Shown here in pieces: positions 9,059 through 18,786 of a stretch of 64,000 bases of DNA. Each line of letters opens with the position of its first letter. Position 1 is the stretch's first letter. The stretch comes from Myxococcota bacterium (GTDB lineage: Bacteria; Myxococcota_A; UBA796; SXON01): contig JAZKFH010000039.1 in NCBI GenBank assembly GCA_040386535.1, positions 64,001 through 128,000 on the forward strand. The letters run 5' to 3'. Under the pieces are notes generated by a model. It was not told where the DNA came from and did no database searches. It was given only the letters and a program-made list of their open reading frames with translations. A program made the position numbers and the translations under genes.

Positions 9059-10174
9059 ATGCGGATCGGCCTATCAGCTCTGACTTCCCTGGCGGCGTTC
9101 GCGCTCGGGACGTTGTCCGTCGCCGCGCCGGTCGCCCACGCCCAGGATCCCGAGCCCAAGCGCATTGCGCTGGTCATCGGCCTGTCGAGCTACGCGCGCC
9201 TCCCGGCCGAGCTCGGCATCGACACCGCGCGCACCGACGCGGCGCGTGTCGCCGCCGCGTTGGAGCAGTCCGCCGGCTTCGACCAGGTGCGCCTCCTGAC
9301 CGACGCGAGCGCCACGCTGGAGAACGTCCAGTCCGTGCTCCGCGAGCAGGTCTCCAAGGAGGTCGACTATCGGGACCTCTTCTTGTTCTACTTCGTCGGG
9401 CACGGCGTCGGTGGGGATTTCGGCGAGCCTCGCCTGCTCTTCTACGACACCGATCCCGAGGCGCTCGAGGCCACCTCGCTCACGGCGATGGATCTCGGGG
9501 CCCAGCTCCAGAAGTGGATCCCGGCCAGCCGCTACATGGTCATCACGGACGCGGCGCACGAGGGCACGCTCAACGGGCTGGCCCTGCTCGGCCCCACCGG
9601 CAACGATTGGCCCGTGATCGGGCAGAAGAGCTTCATCCTGTCGAGCGCCGCGCCCCGGCAGGCGGTCCGCCCGGGCGTGTTCGCCAAGTCCTTCATCGAG
9701 GGCATGAGCGGGGACGCCGACAGCAACGGGGACAGCGTGGTCACCGGCTCCGAGCTCAACGGCTACCTCGTCCTGTCGGTCCCCAACGCGACGGGGGGCG
9801 CCCAGCTCCCGACCGTGCAGGGCAAGTATGACCCCAACCTCGAGCTCGCGGTGAAGCGGCGCGCGCCGGTCGTCGTCGCTGCCACCGCCGTCGCGGTCGT
9901 GGCGCCCGCCCCTGTCTCCGACATCCGCGTCGACAAGGCCAAGTTCGTCTTCAGCGGCGGCAACACGTCGCGCGTGCAATGTGTGCAGGTGGCGTCGCCG
10001 GCGGCGTGTGAGCCCTCCTGCTACGTGTGGGACGTTCCCGCCGGGCCGTGCAAGGTGTCGATGACGGTCGACGGGAAGGAGCTCACCGGCGAGGTCGACG
10101 TTCTGTACCGCGGCGCCTACACCTGCGGCGTGTTCCGGGACGCGCTCCAATGCTCGAGCCCGCCGCCGCCCTAG
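9059..10174 (+). CDS. Exported caspase-like (peptidase C14 fold) protein, probably inactive
   Basis: Signal peptide, RIALVIG, FYFVGHG, VITDAAH in place of DAC(H/R), and DADSNGDSVVTGSEL. GAGGAG RBS before ATG 9059. Confidence 0.8.
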   Translation: MRIGLSALTSLAAFALGTLSVAAPVAHAQDPEPKRIALVIGLSSYARLPAELGIDTARTDAARVAAALEQSAGFDQVRLLTDASATLENVQSVLREQVSKEVDYRDLFLFYFVGHGVGGDFGEPRLLFYDTDPEALEATSLTAMDLGAQLQKWIPASRYMVITDAAHEGTLNGLALLGPTGNDWPVIGQKSFILSSAAPRQAVRPGVFAKSFIEGMSGDADSNGDSVVTGSELNGYLVLSVPNATGGAQLPTVQGKYDPNLELAVKRRAPVVVAATAVAVVAPAPVSDIRVDKAKFVFSGGNTSRVQCVQVASPAACEPSCYVWDVPAGPCKVSMTVDGKELTGEVDVLYRGAYTCGVFRDALQCSSPPPP

Positions 10175-10196
10175 GTCGTTCGGACGAGGTGTTTCT

Positions 10197-10297
10197 GGCG
10201 AGCCTTGCCGCGCTGGTGCCGGCCCCGGTCTTCAAAACCGGTCGGGGCGCCTCGAGAGGGGTTGCTCGGTGGGTTCGATTCCCATGGCTCGCCGCCA
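10197..10297 (+). tRNA. selC: tRNA-Sec (anticodon UCA)
   Basis: 8-bp acceptor GGCGAGCC/GGCTCGCC with G-CCA, extended D stem with TGGT loop, CCGGT-CTTCAAA-ACCGG anticodon arm, long variable arm, 5-bp T arm GTGGG-TTCGATT-CCCAT. Confidence 0.95.
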
Positions 10298-10303
10298 CTT
10301 CCT

Positions 10304-10666
10304 TCACCGCCCACCCGCCGCCGCGTACCGGCGCGCCTGCCACCGCCACAACCGGGCGGCGGTCTCCCGCGCGGCGAGGTCACGCACCCGGTTCGCGGCC
10401 TGGGCGATGATCTCGGGGCCCCGCCGGACGACGAAGCGCACCTCGGGCGTGCCCGTCAGGACTTCGACGGTCAAGGTCTCCTGGGTCCGGTGGCACAAGC
10501 TGGCGACGAGGACCCGGAGGTGTGCGTCCGGGTCGTAGCCGTTCGAGCTCCAGCTCATCCAATGCGCCTCGACCTCGGCCGCGGTGGCACAAGCGTGTCC
10601 CTCCTCGGCACGTGGAGCGTCGCAGTACATACATCCGGGGCGGGAACCGTACTGATGCGGAACCAT
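10304..10666 (-). CDS. Hypothetical protein with CxxC and a further His/Cys
   Basis: ORF reading CMYC...HAC with a plausible composition. No family recognised. Confidence 0.5.
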   Translation of the reverse strand: MVPHQYGSRPGCMYCDAPRAEEGHACATAAEVEAHWMSWSSNGYDPDAHLRVLVASLCHRTQETLTVEVLTGTPEVRFVVRRGPEIIAQAANRVRDLAARETAARLWRWQARRYAAAGGR

Positions 10667-10949
10667 GTCGCGTGGGGTCCCTCGGGGGCGGCGGGAAGGT
10701 GCGAGCCGGGGACGCGATTTCCTATCCAGACAGATAATCCGCCGGTCGCCAGCGTTATCGCTCTGAAAGCATGGTGACGTGCTGCCGACATTCTGAACAT
10801 TCGCTGACTTGCTTGCGGGTGATCGGCAGGTTGGACCGGGCGCCCACACCCGCCCGCCTTGGGTGTGCCCGGCGCCGTTGGGCGCGATGGCGAACCATCC
10901 CTTCCCTTTCTCCGGGGCGTCGTGTGGCTAGGAGAAGACAGGAGGTGTG

Positions 10950-11930
10950 GTGACCGACAAGCCGACGGTACTGCTCGTCGAGGACAACGACGACGACCTC
11001 GCGTTGGCCACCATGGCGCTCACCAAGAGTGGTTGGCCGCACATCCTCCGTCCCCTGCGGGACGGCGCGGAGGTGGTGGAGTACCTCTACAACGCCAACG
11101 AGCGGATGCCTCCGTCGGTCGTCCTCCTGGACCTGAAGCTCCCCCGGCTCGACGGCAAGACGGTCCTGCGCGAGATCCGGGGCAACCCGCGCACCACGCG
11201 CGTGCCGGTGGTGGTGCTCACGTCCTCGCGCCTCGAGCAGGACGTGATCGACGCGTACGTCCTCGGCGCGAACTCCTACCTGCGCAAGGAGCTCGACTTC
11301 ACCCGGTTCAAGAGCTCCATCCAGATCTTCATGGCCTATTGGCTCGGGTTGAACATCCCGCCTCCTGGTTTGGGAGGCGTCGGGCCACAACCCCACCTTC
11401 TGACGCAGTTGGCGGACGGCCACGCCTTCGATGACGTGCTGCCTCGGCGAACGGCTGACACGGCCGCCCTCGAGGTGATCGTGGTCGACGCGGACAAGAA
11501 GGACGGCCAGACGACGCTGGACGGCATCGAGTCGTCGAAGGTGCGGAACCCACGGCGGTGGATCCAGAGCTTTCAGGAGATGGTCGACTTCCTGCGCCCG
11601 GCGGGCGGGCCTCCCCCGCTGCTCCAACCCCACTTTCCTCGCCTGTTCATCATCGACGTCGACCTGCAGGACGGCGACGGCCGAGACGTATTGCAGGCGC
11701 TCCGCTATCGGGCCGACCACCACGCGCTCATCGTGATGTTCACCCGCAACAAGGATCCCAACTTCATCAGCGAGTGCTACCGCGTGAAGGTCAGCAGCGT
11801 GGTCTCCAAGCCCGACTCCAAGGAGGAGTACCTGAGCGCGGTGCGCCTCATCGCCAACTATTGGATCCACCTGAACGAGCCGCCGCCCGACCCCTCTTGG
11901 AGCAAGCGGGCCCTGGCCCATCCGGGGTAG
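10950..11930 (+). CDS. Response regulator with two tandem receiver domains and no output domain (Rcp1-like)
   Basis: REC1: LLVEDNDDD / LLDLKLP / VLTSS / YLRK. REC2: IVVDAD / IIDVDL / MFTR / VSKP. GGAGG RBS. Confidence 0.88.
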   Translation: MTDKPTVLLVEDNDDDLALATMALTKSGWPHILRPLRDGAEVVEYLYNANERMPPSVVLLDLKLPRLDGKTVLREIRGNPRTTRVPVVVLTSSRLEQDVIDAYVLGANSYLRKELDFTRFKSSIQIFMAYWLGLNIPPPGLGGVGPQPHLLTQLADGHAFDDVLPRRTADTAALEVIVVDADKKDGQTTLDGIESSKVRNPRRWIQSFQEMVDFLRPAGGPPPLLQPHFPRLFIIDVDLQDGDGRDVLQALRYRADHHALIVMFTRNKDPNFISECYRVKVSSVVSKPDSKEEYLSAVRLIANYWIHLNEPPPDPSWSKRALAHPG

Positions 11931-11977
11931 TGCCATCCGGTGTAGTGCCATCCGGTGTAGTGCCGTCCGGTGTAGTG
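11918..11977. repeat. 4 x 15-bp tandem repeat CCATCCGGTGTAGTG
   Basis: Units start at 11918, 11933, 11948 and 11963, each with at most one mismatch. The first unit contains the regulator's stop codon. Confidence 0.9.
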
Positions 11978-11983
11978 GGAGTG

Positions 11984-12016
11984 GACGCTCCGCGATCGCT
12001 CGGATCGCGGAGCGTC
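11984..12016. terminator. Perfect 14-bp hairpin between convergent genes
   Basis: GACGCTCCGCGATC-GCTCG-GATCGCGGAGCGTC. Confidence 0.65.
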
Positions 12017-12022
12017 GTCCGA

Positions 12023-12352
12023 CTACTCCGCGTCTTCCTTCTGGCGCTCCGCCGCGTGGCTGCCCCCCCGCTGGGCGGCGGCGGCCGCTGCGCGCGCGCG
12101 CCCGCTGGCCTGTCCCCCCTTGCGGCCGGCCTCCCGCGCCTCTTCGGGCGTGAATTCGTGGGCCGTGCCCTTCTCGTGGGCCGCCTTGCCCCCCTTCCGC
12201 CCGGCCTCGCGCGCCTCGTCCGGCGTGAACTCGTGCGCCGTGCCTTTCTCGTGGGAGGCCTTGCCTCCCTTGCTCGCGATCTCCTTCTGCTTCGCCGGAT
12301 CCATGCCCGCGAAGCCACGGCCGCCGCGGCTGCTTTCCTTCTCTTGTGGCAT
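12023..12352 (-). CDS. KGG-repeat general stress protein (YciG/GsiB-like)
   Basis: RGFAGMDPAKQKEIASKGG followed by two HEFTPxEAREAGRKGG repeats. Confidence 0.92.
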   Translation of the reverse strand: MPQEKESSRGGRGFAGMDPAKQKEIASKGGKASHEKGTAHEFTPDEAREAGRKGGKAAHEKGTAHEFTPEEAREAGRKGGQASGRARAAAAAAQRGGSHAAERQKEDAE

Positions 12353-12583
12353 GATACGCCCCCTCCCTTGTGTCTCGCCCGACCCCAGTGATCGGGAACC
12401 CTGCTGGTTGGCAAGGTAGTGACACGAACGAGGCGGTCAACGCCGGGCGGACCTCGGCCCTACGCAAGGCCGTGATCGTGACAGACACAAACCAGAAATC
12501 CGAGCTCTTCGCGAGATCCAAACCCGAGGATGGGCCTGGCTGTCAGCAGCTGTAACCGAGTGTCCGCCGCGAAATGGCCCCGA

Positions 12584-13390
12584 TCAGAACAGGAAACCCG
12601 CGCGCAGCCGGCCCGTGTAGAGGTAGCCCGGCGCGGTGTAGAACTCCGCCGCGACATCGAGCCGACCGATGCGCGCCTGCGCGCCGAGCGAGCCGGCGAA
12701 GCCGGCGTAGGGGGAGAGGTTGTTGCTCACCACGCCGTCGTCCCCGATGTAGAAGAACGTGGACGCGTCGGTGAAGCCGGCGGAGAGGTAGGGAGTGAAC
12801 ACACCCAGCTTCCAACCGAACATCCCGTCGACCCCGAAGGTGGAGCCACTGTAGAAGTCGAGCACGGCGTCGGCCGAAGGGTCGAACGGCGTGGCGATCT
12901 CGGCGATCGACTTCATCAGCGTGTAGTGGTAGCGCAGGCCGAATTCGGGGCCGGTCTCGAGTGGGAGGGCCACGCCCACCTCTCCCGAGGCGATGACGTT
13001 GCGGGTCCCGAACACGGTGACGGGCGGCACGTAGGCCGCGCCCGCGTAGAACACGAACGGGCCGAGCTTCGGGAAGGCGAACAACGCGCGGGGGCGTGGC
13101 ACCACGGGCGCCTTGTTGGTGTCCTCGGTCTTGCTGCGGGCGAGCACGAGCCGGCGGTCACACGACAGCGGCGGGATCACCGCCAGCTCGAGCCCGATGC
13201 TGCCGTGGCCGGGCTCGGCGGGGAGGGGGCCGTGCAGCGGCGAGAGCGTGGTGACCAGCGCGAAATAGTTGAGCAGGTGGTCCTGCTGGTGTTGGTCATC
13301 TACGTACCAATCGGGCGCGGGCCCGTCTGCCACGGCCTGGCATTCCGGATCGATCGAGGCGAAGGCGACCGAGGCGAGGAGCATGATCAT
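12584..13390 (-). CDS. Exported protein, probable outer-membrane beta-barrel
   Basis: Signal peptide, amphipathic strand pattern, C-terminal Phe (RLRAGFLF). Start overlaps the upstream stop. Confidence 0.65.
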   Translation of the reverse strand: MIMLLASVAFASIDPECQAVADGPAPDWYVDDQHQQDHLLNYFALVTTLSPLHGPLPAEPGHGSIGLELAVIPPLSCDRRLVLARSKTEDTNKAPVVPRPRALFAFPKLGPFVFYAGAAYVPPVTVFGTRNVIASGEVGVALPLETGPEFGLRYHYTLMKSIAEIATPFDPSADAVLDFYSGSTFGVDGMFGWKLGVFTPYLSAGFTDASTFFYIGDDGVVSNNLSPYAGFAGSLGAQARIGRLDVAAEFYTAPGYLYTGRLRAGFLF

Positions 13391-13818
13391 CGGGGGCCTC
13401 CGGATTGGTCGGGAAGGGAGCGCGCGGCTGTGTCTTCGTCACACGGGGCGCCGGCGTCGATCCAGGCGGCCACGGTCGCCACACTCGCGGCGGGCAGGGC
13501 GGCGCCGAAAGGCATGACCCCGCCGTAGGTGCCCGTGTCCGCCATCTTGTGCCACAGGACACTGCCGGCGGAGTCCCCGGGTGCCACGAGGACGGCGGTG
13601 TAGGTGGAGGAGGTCACGTCGACCATGGCGGCACACGGGTCGGTGACGAGGTCGAGGCCACCGCTCGGCGAGGTGGCGCCGTGGCAACTGACACAGCCCC
13701 CGTCGAACACCGCGACCACGTCGGTGTACCCGTCTCCCACGATGGCTTCCCCGTTGTGGGCGGCCGGGAAGATGTCGTCGTCACACGCGAGCAGGGCCAC
13801 GAGGAGGAGGGGTGTCAC
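13387..13818 (-). CDS. Monohaem c-type cytochrome-like lipoprotein
   Basis: Lipobox LLAC, CVSCH haem motif, GLDL, GVMP (possible axial Met), WIDAGA. GTG start overlaps the YceI stop. Confidence 0.75.
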   Translation of the reverse strand: MTPLLLVALLACDDDIFPAAHNGEAIVGDGYTDVVAVFDGGCVSCHGATSPSGGLDLVTDPCAAMVDVTSSTYTAVLVAPGDSAGSVLWHKMADTGTYGGVMPFGAALPAASVATVAAWIDAGAPCDEDTAARSLPDQSGGPR

Positions 13819-14762
13819 TTGGCTGCTCCCCGCACGTCCACCGTGAACTTCATCTCGTTCTTGTTCTTGAGCGCGCCCAGGAGCGCGGTGTAGGGGTCGA
13901 ACCCGAAGTCCGTGGCCTTGGCGTTGAACGTGCCGGAGGCGGTCAGGGTGTTGCCATCCCCGGAGAGCTTCATCGTCGAGGACACGGCCTTGGGGACGCC
14001 GTGAATCGTGAGGGTGCCGGTGACCTTCACCTTGTCGCCCGCGGCCTCGCACCGGGTGGAGACGAAGGTGATGCTGCCGAATCGTTTGGCGTCGAGCTGG
14101 CCGGCCGCGAGCATGTTCCCCTTGACCTCTTCGCGCTGGCTCGGCTCCAACATCACGTCGTAGCCGACGCGCTTGCGCATCGCCTCGTCGTCGGGGCGCA
14201 GGCCGGACACCGGCACGGTGATGTCGACCTTGCAGGCCGCGGGCGACGCGGGATCCCACCGCACGGTGCCCGACCACCCGGTGGCGGTCACCACGTGGTC
14301 GTGGGAGAGGCCGGACGCCAGGGTGCCGCTGTCCTTGAACACCTGCACGTAGAGGGCGCTCTTGCCCGGATCCAACGTGTAGTCCGCGACCGTGGCGACC
14401 GGCGCGGCGGCAGCTTCGGGCGCGACCGGGGCTGCCGCCGTCGCTGTGGCCGGCGTTGGAGCCGGCTCGGTGGGGGTGGACGCCTTGGACGTCGGCGTGA
14501 TCTTGGGGGCGGCCGGCTCGGGGCTGGCCGGCGTGTTGGATGGCGGCGCGACCGGAGTGGGCTCGGTCGCCACGCCAGTTGCCACGGCGGGCTCGGGTGC
14601 CACGCCGGGTGCCACGGTGCTCGGGGCGGCTTCAGTGGGCGCGGGGGCGACCGCCACCGGATCCGCCGCGGGCGTGGCCGCGGTCGGCGCTTCGGCCGCA
14701 CATCCCGCCACGAGGAGCAGCGCCAGGACGGATTGGAAGGGGAGCAGGCGGACGTGCATCAC
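13815..14762 (-). CDS. YceI-family lipid/polyisoprenoid-binding lipoprotein with Pro/Ala linker
   Basis: Lipobox VAGC, YTLDPGKS, LSHDH, VTGTLTIHGV and DFG motifs. Confidence 0.85.
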   Translation of the reverse strand: MMHVRLLPFQSVLALLLVAGCAAEAPTAATPAADPVAVAPAPTEAAPSTVAPGVAPEPAVATGVATEPTPVAPPSNTPASPEPAAPKITPTSKASTPTEPAPTPATATAAAPVAPEAAAAPVATVADYTLDPGKSALYVQVFKDSGTLASGLSHDHVVTATGWSGTVRWDPASPAACKVDITVPVSGLRPDDEAMRKRVGYDVMLEPSQREEVKGNMLAAGQLDAKRFGSITFVSTRCEAAGDKVKVTGTLTIHGVPKAVSSTMKLSGDGNTLTASGTFNAKATDFGFDPYTALLGALKNKNEMKFTVDVRGAAK

Positions 14763-14918
14763 GCACCTCGGACGGTGAATCGTTGGTGTACCACTGGCCC
14801 AGAGACGCGGAAGCGGCGTTCGGCCTTCATGACCTCTTCCGTATCGAGCGGACGCGGGTAGGCCAGTTCAAACCGTATCCGGGTCCGGGAACACGGCCGG
14901 GTGCAGGTCGGCGCGCCG

Positions 14919-16319
<1,401 letters not shown>

Positions 16320-16483
16320 GGGGCGGAAGGTAGCACGGGCACGGGGTGCACGCGCCGCCTCGCCGCGGCGCCATCGCGGCCTGCACGGATCCCGCCCCGC
16401 GTGCTTCTTCGAGTCCCGTCATGCGGACAGCGTGAAGACGGGGATAGGCTTGCGCGTCTCGTCTGCAACGCCTCAGGAGGCAC

Positions 16484-16996
16484 ATGCGCGCGCTCTGGCT
16501 CCGTCTCGCTCTACTCGCGACCGTCGTTCTCGCCGTCCCCGTTGTCGCCGACGCGGCGGGGAAGCCCGCTCCCGACTTCTCCCTGCGGGATCTGACCAAC
16601 CAGGCGCAGACCCTGTCGCAGCACAAGGGCAAGGTTGTCCTGGTCAACTTCTGGGCCACCTGGTGCGGCCCCTGCCAGGTCGAGATGCCCCATCTCCAGG
16701 CCATGTCGAAGGAGCTCGGGCCCAAGGGCCTCGTGGTCCTCGGGATCTCGGCGGACGCGGCGCGTGACGCATCGAAGGTCAAGCCGCTCGTCGTGAGCAA
16801 GGGCCTGACCTACTCCATCCTGCTCGACCCGCAGACCACCGTGGTCGCCCAGTACAACCCGACCAAGACCCTGCCGTTCAACGTCCTGATCGACCGGATG
16901 GGCAACATCGAGCAGGTGTTCAGCGGCTACAACCCGGGTGACGAAGTGACGCTCCGGGCCGCCGTGGAGAAGCTCCTCGCCGTGCCCGCCCCGTGA
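16484..16996 (+). CDS. TlpA/ResA-family thiol-disulfide oxidoreductase
   Basis: Signal peptide, APDFSL, NFWATWCGPCQVEMP. Confidence 0.93.
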   Translation: MRALWLRLALLATVVLAVPVVADAAGKPAPDFSLRDLTNQAQTLSQHKGKVVLVNFWATWCGPCQVEMPHLQAMSKELGPKGLVVLGISADAARDASKVKPLVVSKGLTYSILLDPQTTVVAQYNPTKTLPFNVLIDRMGNIEQVFSGYNPGDEVTLRAAVEKLLAVPAP

Positions 16997-18759
16997 TCCT
17001 GGCGATCCTGGCGGGCCTCGCGCGCGCCGACGAACCGGCCCCGGCCGCGGTCCCTTCGCCCCCCGATCCACTTCCGGTCGCGACCGTGGCGGCGCCCCCC
17101 GAGAAGACGCCCGCGCTGGGCATCCTCTCCGGCATCCACGGGTCCGAGGACCTGCGGATCCGCTACTCCCACGTACCGGAGAAGCTGGAGAACTTCGAGG
17201 ACCGCAACATCCTCGACTACGTCGAGGTCGTGAACCGGCTCGACCTGTCCGGCGGCACGCCGAACGTCGGGGTCGGCGCCCGCGTGGACGGCGTGGGCCT
17301 GTTCGCCAACCGCTACATCCTCGACGGTACGCTCCACCACGAGCGGGATCTGCTGGGCCAAGGCCTCGCATCCCCCTTCCAGGACGCGTTCTTCGATCTG
17401 GAGAAGGTGTGGGTCGAGGCGCGTGGCCCCACCGCCACGCTCACCCTGGGAGACGCCTACCTCTCCTTCGGCCGCGGCATGGCACTCAACGTGGTCAAGA
17501 ACACGGACATCGACGTCGACACGTCCCTGCGCGGCGCGCGCGGCGTGGTGCACGCCGGGCCGTGGGACCTCACCGTCGCAACCGGGCTCACCAACCCGCA
17601 GCAGGTGGCGCTCGAGAACCCCAACATCGCGCTCCAGCCCGACGTTGCCCACGCGGTGAGCGGCGTCCGCATCGACCGCTACGGCCTGGGCCCGGTGAAC
17701 CTCGGCGCGCACGGCATCCTGTTCCAGTACTCGCGCGGCTACAAGCCGGGGCAGGACGGCTGGCGCGCCTACGGCCAGCCGATCGACGCCTGGGCGGCGG
17801 GCGGGAGCGTGGAGGCCCTCGGGGTCAAGGGGATCGACCTGTACGTCGAGGGCAACGCCTTCGGCTACGAGGCCGTGGAGATCCCGGTGAAGGGCGGGTA
17901 CGCGCTGTACGCCAGCGCCGCGGCCTACCCGGGGCGCGCGTCGATCCTCGTGGAGGCCCGGCGCAACAAGGACACGGAGTGGATCAACACCTTCTCCGAC
18001 AACTACGAGCTCGTGAGCGGGCCCACCCTGGAGTACGAGCGCGTCGTCACCGAGGACAGCTCGGCGGCGGTCAACTCGAACGACATGACCGGCGGCCGCG
18101 CCCGGATCGACCTGCGCTTCGGTAATGCCGAGCGGCACGTCACCCTGGTCCCCTACGCCAGCCTCGCGGTGTTCCGCGACGAGGATCTCGGCGGCCTGCA
18201 CTTCAACCGGGCCCCGGAGACCATCCTGCACCCCATGGTCGGCGTGCAGTACATCAACGGCGACCTTCACGTGCTCGCCAACGGCGGCCAGCGGGTGGAC
18301 GTGCGTGACCCGGGTGACGACGGCCTCGCGCTCGGCGCCGACCGCCTCCTGCACGCGGACGTCGACATCTCCGTGCCGCTCGGTGGCAAGCTCTCCCTCG
18401 AGCTGGCGCCCGCGCTGATGCGCTACCAGTGGGGCGTCAACCCCCAGCAGCAGACCGACTTCACCGACTTCTCCAACGCGCTCGCCGTCAAGGTGGGCGC
18501 GCCGTGGGCGTTCATCCTCTACACCGACTACTCCGACAACCCGCTCATCAGCAGCACGGGCAACCTCGCGGGCACGGTGTTCGGAGAAGCGGGAGACTCG
18601 CTCTACGCCGCGGTCGAGGCCCAGTGGATGCCGAACAGCTCCACGACGCTCAAGGCCTTCTACGGCGCGTACCGCGCGGGCATCCGCTGCGCGGGCGGCC
18701 AGTGTCGCAACCTGCCGGGGTTCGAGGGCGCCAAGGTGTCGCTCACCACGACGTTCTGA
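16993..18759 (+). CDS. Outer-membrane protein resembling the DUF6029 family
   Basis: LGDAYLSFGRGMAL and C-terminal GIRCAGGQCRNLPGFEG...F. Translationally coupled to TlpA. Family name is from recall. Confidence 0.7.
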   Translation: MILAILAGLARADEPAPAAVPSPPDPLPVATVAAPPEKTPALGILSGIHGSEDLRIRYSHVPEKLENFEDRNILDYVEVVNRLDLSGGTPNVGVGARVDGVGLFANRYILDGTLHHERDLLGQGLASPFQDAFFDLEKVWVEARGPTATLTLGDAYLSFGRGMALNVVKNTDIDVDTSLRGARGVVHAGPWDLTVATGLTNPQQVALENPNIALQPDVAHAVSGVRIDRYGLGPVNLGAHGILFQYSRGYKPGQDGWRAYGQPIDAWAAGGSVEALGVKGIDLYVEGNAFGYEAVEIPVKGGYALYASAAAYPGRASILVEARRNKDTEWINTFSDNYELVSGPTLEYERVVTEDSSAAVNSNDMTGGRARIDLRFGNAERHVTLVPYASLAVFRDEDLGGLHFNRAPETILHPMVGVQYINGDLHVLANGGQRVDVRDPGDDGLALGADRLLHADVDISVPLGGKLSLELAPALMRYQWGVNPQQQTDFTDFSNALAVKVGAPWAFILYTDYSDNPLISSTGNLAGTVFGEAGDSLYAAVEAQWMPNSSTTLKAFYGAYRAGIRCAGGQCRNLPGFEGAKVSLTTTF

Positions 18760-18786
18760 AGCGGACCCCGCGTTAACGTCGCTCCC

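Noticed and set aside
7852..10174. HD dNTPase plus caspase as an anti-phage system
   Set aside because: The caspase-like protein is exported and lacks its Cys, the genes are divergent, and no other defence genes are nearby.
10793..10809. CTGAAC-containing sequence resembling a myxobacterial LexA box
   Set aside because: Only one half matches, and the adjacent genes are not SOS genes.
11918..11977. Possible mini-CRISPR array
   Set aside because: The 15-bp units are directly adjacent with no spacers, and there are no cas genes in the window.
10298..12580. Intact integrative element at selC
   Set aside because: No integrase and no attR duplication of the tRNA 3' end were found.
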